Translations under genes and position numbers: made by a program
NCBI GenBank assembly: GCA_951406725.2
Contig: OX597815.1
Span: forward strand, 191,828,001 to 191,892,000
Reading direction: 5' to 3'
DNA length: 64,000 bases
DNA from: Octopus vulgaris
Taxonomy: Eukaryota
Shown here: piece by piece, positions 51,730 through 64,000 of the stretch
Layout of the letters: each line of letters opens with the position of its first letter
How positions within the stretch are numbered: the stretch's first letter is position 1
The notes under the pieces: model-generated
What the model saw: the letters and a program-made list of their open reading frames with translations, nothing else
What the model was told of the DNA's origin: nothing
Databases searched by the model: none

Positions 51730-52545
51730 CAGCAGGAACTGGCAAAGCCAGGAGCTGCCCCGGCTTCCAGTCTGATTTGGCATGGTTTCTACTGCAGGAT
51801 GCTCTTCCTAACACCAACCACTTTACAGAGTGTGCTGGGTTCTTTATATGTGTGTGTGTATGTGTGTGAGAGAGCATCTGTGTGAGTGGTGATGCATCTA
51901 GTTCGGCAGCATCATTTTTCTGCAATACTGAAAGAAATAAAACGATTAACATTATTTTGATCGGCCAAAATTAATCAGGAATTTCGTTCCCATCCCCACC
52001 CCCGTCAACCCACTCCCCTCACCCCACAAAAATATATACCACGTATTTCTATGATTTAGAGATTGATTGTCATAAACTCTACAGAAGCTCAAGTATCATG
52101 GCAGCCCGGGGGGCAGGGGGAGTTTCACGTATTGATACCCATGCATCCACAGCAATATATTATTAATACATGCGATTGTATTTATGTATATTTATGCTGA
52201 ATGCTTTTTATTTACTATTTAATTCAATTACCAAGAAAATAATAGTATTAATAATAATAATAATAATAATAATAACAATAATAAAACACATGTATTCACA
52301 AAACAGGATTAATCTTGTATTAAACTTGTCAATAGGGAAATCTGATGAATATGTGAATTGAAACTTACCCTCCTCCAGGGCTCTCATATACATTCTCCTT
52401 GTGTACACATGCTTAAAAAATATCTGTACAAATACCTATATGTATGTATGTATGTATGTGTGTATGCTAAAAAATTACGCACATACATAATTATATATAA
52501 AATTAAGGGGAGCAAATCATGCACACAAACGAACGGCCATGTGTA

Positions 52546-52582
<37 letters not shown>

Positions 52583-53025
52583 GATGATATATATATATAT
52601 ATATACATACATATACACACACACAAACGTATGTACACACAGTTCAAATCTATCTATGTGTCGATATATCTATCTAGTTCTCTCTCTTTCTATCTGTCTA
52701 TCCATCCATCCATCTCCCTATCTATTACACCTTGTAGTCATGTTCTTATTTGCTTACATAGGTAAATGATTCGTATTGAGTGTAATTGAGTTTTCAAATT
52801 ATTCTACATTTCAATTGTACTATTTGCAAGAATGAATTTTTTTCCTTAGCGCCAATCATGATTGCATTAACAGGAACGCATGTATACAGGTATAACTATG
52901 TTTTTTTATCCATTTATATCTCTATATATAAATATATATATATAATAACAATTTAACAAATAAAACATATGCATACATACATACATACATATATGTACAT
53001 ACGTACATCTATATGTATATATACA

Positions 53026-53061
<36 letters not shown>

Positions 53062-53477
53062 TACAGGACACCACAAATAAATGTAGAACACAACGAGAAA
53101 CGAAGACATAAAAACAAACAAGGAAACAAACTTTTTTTTAACAACGAAAAAAACAGAGTACAAGACAAACAATACAAGGAATATTGCCCTTCATCAGCTG
53201 CCCCTGGTTCGAATCAATGCATGTTTCGAAGGTATATAGCTGGTACCGTGTATCATGTATATGAATGTGCATATTTGTGTATGTGCACATATATGTATGC
53301 ATTTTGTGTGTGTGTGTGTGTGTGAAGGCATTTTGTAGTGTGTTTGCAAGTGGGTTTTACGTGCATGTAAATCAACTCTAAGTAGCATGAGCAAAAAAAT
53401 AAACAAAAGCAAAACCCCAAAATATTTTTTTTTAAATCCTCCAGTTCCTATGTAAATCATGAAGTATATATTTAATA

Positions 53478-53783
53478 CTAGCAGTATCGCCCGGCGTTGC
53501 TCGGGTTTGTAAGGGAAATAACTATATAAGCATTTTTAGAGAATTACTTCCCTTATATAACCCGGGCAAAAATCATTAAAAATGCGGAAAAATTATTGTA
53601 AATTTTTTTTAAATCGTAGACTCATCGTAGATGTGCACTAATACCCAGAAGGGCTCGATATGAATGACGTCTATAAGATATCTGCTTTTGGTTAAACTGC
53701 ACCGCAAAATGTGGGAGTAGTTAGGAATCTAAATCGGAGGAGACAGAGTCTCACACACACAACTTCAATTTTATATATAAAGA
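53478..53783 (-). mobile_element. Non-autonomous Helitron
   Basis: A|TCTTTATATATAAAA...CCCGAGCAACGCCGGG hairpin...CTAG|T. Confidence 0.88.
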
Positions 53784-53921
53784 TGTCATGTTATAGTTCC
53801 AGCTGACACAATTCTGTCATGCAGTGTTTCTACTTAATTATTCATGAATATTCCTCAGAAGGGAGTAACTGATGGAGCAGCTACCCCTCATGATCTGTCT
53901 CAGTATATCTGACACATTTTC

Positions 53922-54140
53922 TTCTGTTCTATATTTAAGAGATGAGGAGTTGTGCATATTATTTACATTATTTACATTTGAGGGATATTTGTCCTCATCT
54001 TGTTTGTTGTTAACACAATGTTTCGGCTGATATACCCTCCACCCTTCATCAGGTGTCTTGGGGAAATTTCGAACCTGGGTTCTCATTTCTAAGGTATTTT
54101 TCGATGTTATTATTATTCAGGTCACTACTTGAAATCAAAC
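53922..54140 (-). mobile_element. Family E copy with hammerhead (54012-54057)
   Basis: GACAC-CTGATGA-A-GGGTG..CAGCC-GAAA-CA-TT-GTGTT, preceded by B-box remnant and (AAT)n. Confidence 0.75.
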
Positions 54141-54235
54141 ATGCATCTGTCTGTGTGTCTATCTGTCTGTACCTGACTATCTATCGATCAATCTATATTT
54201 CTATCTGTGTATCCTCCTATCTTTCTGTCTCTCTG

Positions 54236-54298
<63 letters not shown>

Positions 54299-54675
54299 GT
54301 CTGTCTTTATCTATCTGTTTGTCTGTCTGTCTGTATCTATCTGTTTGTCTGTTTGTCTGTCTGCCTGCCTGCCTGTCTCTCTCTCAGTCTGTCTGCATGT
54401 CCGCATGTCTTTCACTCTGCCTATATGTCTATTTGCTTGCCTACACAACTTTCTGTCCCCTACTGCAACAATAATCATATATCCATCATCATCATCATCA
54501 TTGACATCATGACCATCATCATCATTGTTCCTTATATAGTTAAATCTTTCTTAATACGGTACCCTCCACTCTGGTACTGGTAATAAAGGTTTATATCCAT
54601 TAGCACATTCTGATTGTATTACATTTGTACATACATATATAACTTCATATATATATATATATATCTTATACATAC

Positions 54676-54722
<47 letters not shown>

Positions 54723-54767
54723 GCAAGATTTATTGGCTAAACTGGCAAAATGACCATTCTGAAATAT

Positions 54768-54789
<22 letters not shown>

Positions 54790-54806
<17 letters not shown>

Positions 54807-54830
54807 CATACATATATCTTATACATGTAC

Positions 54831-54862
<32 letters not shown>

Positions 54863-54880
54863 ATACATATATCTTATACA

Positions 54881-54922
<42 letters not shown>

Positions 54923-55220
54923 TACATACATATATCTTATACATGTATATATATATATACACACATACATACATATATCTTATACATGTATATATATATA
55001 TATATACACACACATACATACATATATCTTATACATGTATATATATATATATATATACACACACATACATACATATATCTTATACATGTATATATATATA
55101 TATATACACACACATACATACATATATCTTATACATGTATATATATATATATATATACACACACATACATACATATATCTTATACATGTATATATATATA
55201 CATATACACATATCTTATAA
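54790..55220. repeat. Minisatellite of ~40-55 bp units built from microsatellites
   Basis: About nine repeats of CATACATACATATATCTTATACATGTA(TA)n. Confidence 0.9.
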
Positions 55221-55839
55221 ATATACACACAACCACAGCAATACATAAAAGCAATTTGCAATTTCATTCAAAATATGTGTATATGTGTGCATATATTTCT
55301 ATATCTATGTTTGAATGGATGTATATATATATGTACACACACTCACAGACAGACACACTGAACAGGCACAGTCTTGCACATACACACATGTACACCCATA
55401 ACCCCACTCAGAGACACAATTTCATTATATAGTCTGTAACGTCAATGTTTACATACTGGCCCTGAGTACCATGCATTTGTGAATCTATTCTGTAATGCAA
55501 TCAAAACGGGCCAGTCTTTTTAAGTGATCGCTGACACCAGTGTTTAGCAAGTTTAAACAATATTTTATTGGAAAATCTCTTCTCTTAAATTGATTATTAC
55601 ACAGCAAATCAAAAAGATGCAAGCATTAGAGGTTTCTCCTTTGGAATGGAGTGTATCTACAAGAACCAACAGTTTATGCTGTCTAAGTGTTACCAATTAC
55701 CATGGCAGGCTGGCAGAATTGTTAGTACGCCAAGCAAAAGGCTTAATGGTATTTTGTTTATTTCTATGTTCTGAGTTCAAATTCCCACTGTGGTTGACTT
55801 TGCCTTTTATCCTTTTGGGAGTCGATAAAGTAATTACTA

Positions 55840-56212
55840 GTGGCTGTGTGGTAAGTAGCTTGCTTACCAACCACATGGTTCTGGGTTCAGTCCCACTGCG
55901 TGGCACCTTAGGCAAGTGTCTTCTACTATAGCCTCGGGCTGACCATAGCTTTATGAGGGGATTTGGTAGATGGAAACTGAAAGAAATCTATTGTGTGTGT
56001 ATATATACATATATATATATATATATAAATAATTGTTAAATTTCTAAATTTATATAAATTATTTTATGTATTGGCTTAAGTCTTTCTTTGTTTGATTTGC
56101 ATAATAGTGGTTTTGTCTCTAATTTAATATAATATAATATTTACTATAAAATTGGATTCAATCCTAAATCTAATTTTTCCCTGTAAATTTGGATTTATTC
56201 CCTAACATTTAT

Positions 56213-56258
<46 letters not shown>

Positions 56259-56460
56259 ATGTATGTTTGCCCCTCCACCATCGCTTGACAACTGATGCTG
56301 GTGTGTTTATGTCCCTGTAACTTAGCTGTTCGGCAAATGAGACCAATAGAATAAGTACTCGGCTTACAAAGAATAAGTCCTAGTGGCGATTTGTTTGACT
56401 AAAGGCAGTGCTCCAGTATGGCTGCAGTCAAATGACTGAAACAAATAAAAGAGTAAAACA
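55840..56460 (+). mobile_element. SINE B with an AT-rich insertion (~56025-56215) in its microsatellite
   Basis: Head and tail match 49926-50332. Confidence 0.8.
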
Positions 56461-56838
56461 ATTACCAGTAACGCACTGGGGTTGAGGCAATTGGCATACT
56501 CTCTTCCTCAAAGTTGCTGGCCTTCCACCAAAATTTTAAACCGTTATTATTATCATTATTGTAAGGTGAAGAGTTAGAAGAATCATTAGCACACACCAAT
56601 GATGATCTTCTTTCAGTTTCTGAATACCAAGGTTTTCTGACTCTCAAGGCTTTGATTTGCCCAGGGCTATAGCAGAAGGGCCATGCGGTGAGACTGCACC
56701 CAAAGCACAGGATTTGGAATCCAGCCTCACCACAATATTATTATTATTATTTTCAAGTCTTTCTCTGATTATCTCCTTTGAAAGCTTGCACAAATTTCAG
56801 GCCTTGTGCCTTTAGTAGAAAGGATTATTATTATCATC

Positions 56839-57356
56839 ATTGAGTGAGAGAGCAGTGCATGCCAACAAAGTGACACTGGGGTAAAATATACGAAGCCCAG
56901 TATACCCATCATGACTACCTATCTGATAAGGGTACACTAAGCACATGTATCACAACCATATGTACGCGACATGGTGATCTTATATCAAGATAAACAGCGC
57001 ATGACCTTGCAGGTGGGGCCCAGTTAGAATTTTCTTTTGGTCGCGTAGCCCGTTGTTGAACAATCCACCCATGTTTCCAAAGGTGAATTATCTAAACCTC
57101 CAAGAATTCCTTTCAACACATGGCTGTGATGCTCCCCCACTTCTTCTGCTCGTGATCAGAGATGCACATATCGTCAGCCACTAAGGGACATGGTCAACTG
57201 GTTACGGTCAAACAACTGACAAGCAAATCTGTGGTACTGAGCAGAATATTTGCTGTAGCCCATCTTTTATACCAAGACAAAACAATGTACATGATAACAC
57301 TTCCAATCAGTTAAGATCAGAAGCCATGAGAGCCACTGCCTGGTACTGCATCAAGG

Positions 57357-57360
<4 letters not shown>
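56839..57360 (-). mobile_element. Second copy of the (TAA)n-embedded element
   Basis: Reverse complement of 14408-14964. Confidence 0.8.
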
Positions 57361-57396
<36 letters not shown>

Positions 57397-59051
57397 AATC
57401 CTTAAGATAACGATCACAAGTGTTTATTTACTCTTAAATTTTAAAACTAAAAAGTCAAATTACACAGCATTTGCCCTCAGGATGATTATGGTAATAATTA
57501 CAATGATTACAGTGATTTAAATATTTAACTCTTTTGTTCCGTATATGACACCTTAAGTGATGTACTAGTTATTACTTCTGATAGGATTATCCATTTGTCT
57601 ATAGAATTCACATAACGGTTGATTTAATTATACATGTACTGCTTCAATTAATTCATTTGAAGCTTAGAGCTGAACCTCATTTTGTATCTGATGCATTATA
57701 AACTCTAATTGAAGATCAGAATTCCTGCTGCACTCTGATACAACAGTGGTATGCTTGTAAATAAATTAGTTATATGCCGTTTAGAAGGTGAGGCACTCTG
57801 CAGTGGATTTTAACACCTGATGAATCATAACTATAACTCAGTCTTGATTAACAGTTCAAATCATTCCATCTAATTAACTAACAAACATGAAGGCCATACA
57901 ACCATCTCCTTTTTTTTTGTTTCCTCTTCTCTTATGGGAGTTACCGTCTTGTCAGATTTACTCAACCATTTGGTATCTCTCAGGGACAGCGGTCTTTTTC
58001 ATATTCTGCAAGAAGTACTTCTGATTTTAACCTATAAACTTCAATCCTAATAAATGAAGGTCTGGAGAGGTAGAATTACCAAAATCAATTTGCCGAGAAT
58101 GTGGCACTAAACCAATCCAAAGAACCAGGCATCAGTGATGCAATCAAGCTGATAGTAAATTACTTCATTTCTCTTTGGATTTAACTAATTACGGATTCTA
58201 TCGGAATGTCTTGGACAAGGTCATTTGGATGATTTGCTCATTAAGTTCTGCCAAAAGTCTTGTAACTCTATTGATACAAACCTGCCTGAGATCATCCCTT
58301 TGTACCAGGGGTTCTGAACCAAGGTCTTGGGGGTTCTTATACGATTTTGTTATTTAAGTTTATGTGCAAAAAATTGGTTAAATTTCTACAGTACATAAAA
58401 TATTTTAACAATTTTTGTTTAATACAATTCCTAATAATATTTAAGGCAAAGGTAAAGAATATGCACACCACTCGTTTTTGGCACTTAGGGTTAGGGCTAG
58501 GCTGAAAAAGAGTGGTGTGTGTGTATTCTTTACCTCTGCCATATTTAATTACAAAAATAGAATAGGAATTTTTTAAAGATTGAACGGTTGTCAGGGTCCA
58601 GCAGAGTAAAATAGGAATCGGAGGGGTCCATAGGTAAAAATGGTTCCTAAGACATAGAATCATTAGCATGTTGAAGAAAAAGCTTAGTGGTAGTTTTCTG
58701 GCTCTTTACATTCTGAGTTCAAATACTGCGAAGGTCAACTTTGCCATTTTTGTCTACATGGGGTCAATAAAACAAAGTACTGTTCAAGAACAGGGGCCAA
58801 TGTTATCAACTTACTCCCTGCTCTAAGATTGTTGGCTTTGTACCAAAATTTGAAACCATTATACAAATGTTCTGTTTTAAAGTAACTTAGATTTAAATTG
58901 ATCCATCGAAATTCCATGGTAATTTATATTCCAAACATTAGATTCATATGACCGTTATTTTACTTAATTCTTCATTATTTTCAAAGTTAATTGAAACAAG
59001 TTTGGTATATTTCAACAGAAGTCAATCATCATCATCATCATTTAACGTCCG

Positions 59052-59207
59052 TTTTCCATGCTAGCATGGGTTGGACGGTTCGACCGGGATCTGGTAAGCC
59101 GTGGAGGTTGCACCAGTCTCCAGTCTGATTTGGCAGTGGAGACTGGTACAGCCTCCACGGCTTACCAGACCCCGGTCGAACCGTCCAACCCATGCTAGCA
59201 TGGAAAA
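59052..59207. repeat. Fold-back of a family C tail, inside a piggyBac-like MITE
   Basis: ~71-bp arms (59052-59122, 59137-59207) with a 14-nt loop. Confidence 0.9.
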
Positions 59208-60336
59208 GCTATGGTAACAAAAGGGTTAAGCTAAATAATTCAAGCTTGAGATTTGTGGTATTCATGCCTTTCCCAAGGACAATCTTAGTATGCAAGAAGT
59301 GAAGTTAGTACAGTCAGGAATTGAAACTAGATTGCACACTAAGTTTGTTCAGGAATTTACTTCCTCTTTCATGACACTTTAACTATGTCTGTGTCGGAAA
59401 TAACATATATTTTAGTAAGTAAGTATTGTGAAGTAGCACCGAGTTCTTAGCAGAGAAATTCACTGAATTAGCTTTGATTCCAAGTCAGAATGACTTCACT
59501 TCACTTCATTCGAACATTACTAACATTTTTGAGAAGGTCATGACCATTCTTAATATCCCATTTCCCTTCATTTAAATACCTATGGCTTCATGTCTACATA
59601 AGAAACGCATTAATATATTCAGGCTTGAGCTAACATTTATTTATTTTTTTTACCAGTTCCACCAACATATTTACTTGTACTTATTTTCAGAATTATGAGT
59701 CGCAGAATATTTAAGTTACTCATAGCAGGAATTAAACTCTGGTAAATATCTGCTCTGCTGATTAGTTGTATAATCTACAGAAATGTTATCATGTCATCTT
59801 ATCTGATAATTTTCCTTTGATTTGGATTAGCTAAATCTAATCCCTTAATGGTCTGGTTTCGTTCTCTCTTTATGCCTTATATAGGATGCCTTAGAGATTA
59901 GAACATGAAATATTCGGTTCTAGTAATAACATGGCAAGGATTTTCTTTGGTGACGATGGGGATTGGCTGCCAGCAAGGGATTTAAACCAAAGTTAGTGCC
60001 ATCACTGATGTATGTAAAGTTAGTTGAATATAGTAACTATATAGCGAACAGCTATCTCTTAATGATGCTAATTACTGCTCTGTGTTAACTAAGCAATTTA
60101 AATTCTCCATTCTAGAAATTGTTGACCTCCATAAATTTTCACACACACACATGCATGCTCGCGCAAAGGCATGCATGCACACACATGCACACATACACAG
60201 AAATTTAAATGCAACTGAACATTAATATAAGGATGGTTTGGTAGCTTATTAAAGCAGAAACACTGTAAGAAGCCCATATATATACATATATATATATATG
60301 TATATATATAGATCTATCTATCTATGTATCTATCTA

Positions 60337-60389
<53 letters not shown>

Positions 60390-60477
60390 TGTATGTAGTG
60401 TATGTATGAATGTATGTATGTATGTATCTACCTATCTACCTACCCCCCTCTATCTCTCTCTCTCTATATATATATAT

Positions 60478-60708
60478 ATTTCTTTACTGCCCACAAGGGG
60501 CTAAACATAGAGGAGACAAACAAGGACAGACACACGGATTAAGTCGATTACATCGACCCCAGTGCGTAACTGGTACTTAATTTATCGACCCCGAAAGGAT
60601 GAAAGGCAAAGTCGACCTCAGCGGAATTTGAACTCAGAACGTAACAACAGATGAAATACCGCTAAGCATTTCACCCGGCATGCTAACAATTCTGCCAGCT
60701 CGCTGCCT
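60478..60708 (-). mobile_element. SINE A monomer
   Basis: Complete head, body and tail. Confidence 0.9.
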
Positions 60709-60947
60709 TAACAGCAGCCCTCAGTCAAATCATCCAACCCATATATATATATAATTCAATTAGACGTTATGTTAGCCTCATGAAGGGATGGTGTCATCTA
60801 AGGAAATACTGGTTCAATACCTAATACTTTTTTGTCGGGAATTGATTTCCTTAAAATAATAGGCATGTATATAAACACCTGTAGTTCATATTCATATAAA
60901 GGAAGAAAACTTAATAAGAGTTTAGTCAAGAACAAATCGATATTTAT

Positions 60948-61027
60948 CCCTTACAGCTGTTTCAGTTATACTCAGTGAATTAACTGAATATTAAATTCAT
61001 ATTTCTGAGCATAATATCTTCAGAGGG
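60948..61027 (-). ncRNA. Type I hammerhead with intact core, in element ~60765-61085
   Basis: CCCT-CTGAAGA-TA-TTATGCTCAG..CTGAGTATAA-CT-GAAA-CAGCTG-TA-AGGG. Confidence 0.78.
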
Positions 61028-61099
61028 GAAAAAAAATATACCATTAGATGTTTTATATGTTTGTTTACAGATTCATTATAGCAGACTCATATATATATA

Positions 61100-61310
61100 T
61101 ATACCTTGTGTGTACCGTTGGCAATTTTTTTTTTCCTCTGTCTTCCCTTCTCTGGATCTTTCCTTCTCCTATGTTTCCAACGAAGAGCTCCGCTCGAAAC
61201 GTTAAACCCTCCTTCTTTCCTGCTTTCCTGAGCGTCCAATAATACTATATTTGTTCCACATCCTCGCGTTGTTGTGTTTTTTTGTGCTTTCTTGTTTGGA
61301 TTAACTATAT
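61100..61310 (+). mobile_element. Family F copy (hammerhead motif 61173-61207)
   Basis: GTTT-CCAACGA-A-GAGCTCCGCTC-GAAA-CG-TT-AAAC. Confidence 0.75.
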
Positions 61311-61350
61311 ATATATAAATATATACACACATATATATATATATATATAA

Positions 61351-61393
<43 letters not shown>

Positions 61394-61584
61394 TATACAC
61401 ATACATATATACATATATAAATATATATATATGTACACACACACATGTATATGTCTTTGTGTCTGTATTTGTCGTCTACCACTGCTTGACAACTGGTATT
61501 GGTATATTTTCCATCCCTGTAACTAAGCAGTTCAGCAAACGACATTGATAGAATAAGTATCAGGCTTCAAAAAAATAATTATTG

Positions 61585-62146
61585 GGTGGCACCCATGCCA
61601 ACCTTCATTGGACACTAAACTCTGCTTGCGAAGACCTTTTGGGGCAAGTGAAATCGAAATTGAACCAAATTCGATGACTGGCACCCGTGCCAGTGGAGCG
61701 CTAACAGCTCCATCTGAACGGGATCACTGCCAGAGCAGTTGTCTGGCTTCCGTGCCGGTGGGCACGTAAAAGGCACCATTTGAGCATGATCATTACCTGT
61801 GTTGCCATACTAGTACTTGTATGTACCGGTGGCACATAAACAAAACATTCGAGCGAGGTCGTTGCCAGTGCCGCTGGACTGACTCCTGTGCAGGTGGCAC
61901 ATAAAAAACACCATTTGAGTGTGGCCATTGCCAGTACCACCACACTGGCCCTCGTGCCGGTGGCACATAAAAGCACCCACTACACTCTCGGAGTGGTTGG
62001 CGTTAGGAAGGGCATCCAGCTGTAGAAACTCTGCCAGATCAGATTGGAGCCTTGTGCAGCCATCTGGTTTGCCAGTCCTCAGTCAAATCGTCCAACCCAT
62101 GCCAGCATGGAAAGAGGATGTTAAATGATGATGATGATGATGATGA
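61585..62146 (+). mobile_element. Family C long form nested in a SINE B tail
   Basis: Similar to 23825-24370. Confidence 0.85.
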
Positions 62147-62649
62147 TTTGTTCAGCTAAAAATTCTTCAAAATGGTGCTCCAGCATGGCCGCAATTTAAT
62201 AACAACTGAAGCAAGTACAAGTTAAATGATAAATACACACACATTCACATGTATATACATGCATCTGTGTGCACATATATATATATGCATGTGTGCATGT
62301 GCCTGTATGCACATATCTACACATGTGCATGCATACATACAGGCAGACATTGCAAATGTTTCTGCTAATTAAATTACTTATTCAAACTATTTTAAGAATG
62401 TTGTCTGTATTAAATTATCTACTCTAAGTATTTGAATTAAGTTCTAAATATCAAATCAGTAATTTAAATCCTATTTATAATCCAAACATTGAACTGACTC
62501 AGCAAAAGTTTTAATCCAAAATTATGCATTGAAATTAAGATAGTTGCTTTCTGATAGAAATCAAAGTGAAAATCTTTCAGTAAGATATAAAACAAACACA
62601 TATTTAAGCTCAGGTGTGGCTGTCTGGTAAGAAACATGTTACCAACCAA

Positions 62650-63055
62650 AGGCGGCGAGCTGGCAGAAGCGTTAGCATGCCGGCTGAAATGCCTAGCAGT
62701 ATTTCGTCTGCCGTTATGTTCTGAGTTCAAGTTCCGCCGAGGTCGACTTTGCCTTTCGTCCTTTCGGGGTCGATTAGATAAGTACCAGTTATGCACTGGG
62801 GTCGATATAATCGACATAATCTGTTTGTCTATCCTTGTTAGTCTTCTCTGTGTTTAGCCCCTTGTGGATTGTAAAGAAATAGGTATTTTATCTGCCGTCA
62901 TGTTCTGAGTTCAAATTCCGCCGAGGTCGACTTTCCCTTTCATCCTTTCGGGGTCGATAAATTAAGTACCAGTTACATACTGGGGTCGATGTAATCAACT
63001 TAATCTCTTTGTCTGTCCCCTCTATGTTTAGCCCCTTGTGGGCAATAAAGAAATA
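62650..63055 (+). mobile_element. SINE A dimer inserted in the head of a SINE B (62612-63415)
   Basis: Direct repeat TAAGAAACATGTTACCAACCA at 62628 and 63054. Confidence 0.88.
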
Positions 63056-64000
63056 AGAAACATGTTACCAACCACATGGTCCTGGATTCAGTCCCACGGT
63101 GTGGCGCCTTGGGCAACCAAAGCCTTGTGAGAGGATTTGGTAGACAGAAACTGAAAGATACCCATCATATATGTAAATACTTTCAAGTATGTGCCTCTGT
63201 GTGTGTCCGTCCCCTTGTATCTGTGTTTGAGCCCCACTACTGCTTAACAACCGGTGTTGGTGTGTTTACATCCCTGTATCTTAGTGGTTCACAAAAGAGA
63301 CCAGTAGAATAAGTACCAGACTTAAAAACTAAAAAAACAGAAAGGAAAAGCACTGGGGACGATTCGTTCAACTAAAACTTTTTCACGGCAGTGCCCCAGC
63401 ATGGCCACAGTCTAAGAACAGGCAGATCCTGTGGTAATGAGGGCGCTGAAAGTGACACTAAACAACAGGCGCAGGGGTGTTGATGATGACATCTCTTCAT
63501 CTCTCCCTGCGGTCTCCTGCATTTGGCTTCAAAGCACACTACTCCAGCATCTATCTCACTTCATCACTATTTTGATTAATTATTACATTAACGATGAGCT
63601 TGTAATTGTGCCAGGAATGACTATAATACTTGACACTTTCAAATACCAAAGGAAAAAAAAAACAAAAAAAACTAAAAACGTAAATATAACACATGACCTT
63701 TGCATGCTTCAAATGATGAGTATGATATTTAAAATATGATTAAGCAATTCTATGTCCTATATTTTGATGATGTCCTATTTCCTACTTATGTGAAATATTT
63801 TTGTACTGTTCCTTTTTCTGTATATAAATTTATTCCTACCATTCAGTATAACAGTGCTGTTTAGTTTAGCACTGTTCTATGTAGCCAATTGGTTCAATAT
63901 ATTTCATTATATATATATATATATATATAGATGGGTGTGTGTGTATATATATATATATATTTGTATATATATATTGACATCACTTTGTAAGGAGCATAGA

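Noticed and set aside
52335-52372. CTGATGA...GAAA-CT-TA motif
   Set aside because: No adjacent stem I and negligible stem II.

Overview
This is AT-rich, repeat-saturated eukaryotic DNA, intronic or intergenic. It is most likely from an octopus, inferred from the SINE repertoire and the very high density of (TA)n/(CA)n/(GATA)n microsatellites. No intact host protein-coding gene is recognisable, and almost all listed ORFs are translated microsatellites or SINEs. The real coding relics are retrotransposon fragments: a Penelope-like RT (4.3-5.2 kb), a Penelope-like GIY-YIG endonuclease (50.5-50.9 kb), an R4/Dong restriction-like endonuclease (10.9-11.2 kb), and CR1 and RTE 3' ends. The rest is at least five SINE families, two Helitrons, a Helentron-type element and hAT/piggyBac-like MITEs. 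The main hidden signal is about 13 minimal type I hammerhead-ribozyme motifs (CUGANGA...GAAA-palindrome-UH) from about 7 short element families, most of them embedded in (TA)n and several in fold-back pairs. One family joins a tRNA-like Pol III head to the hammerhead (retrozyme-like), and two families carry non-canonical cores (U4C; U3-A8). A ~430 bp non-coding block is duplicated 10 kb apart with a near-identical core and diverged flanks. All coordinates and alignments were read by eye, so repeat boundaries are approximate.
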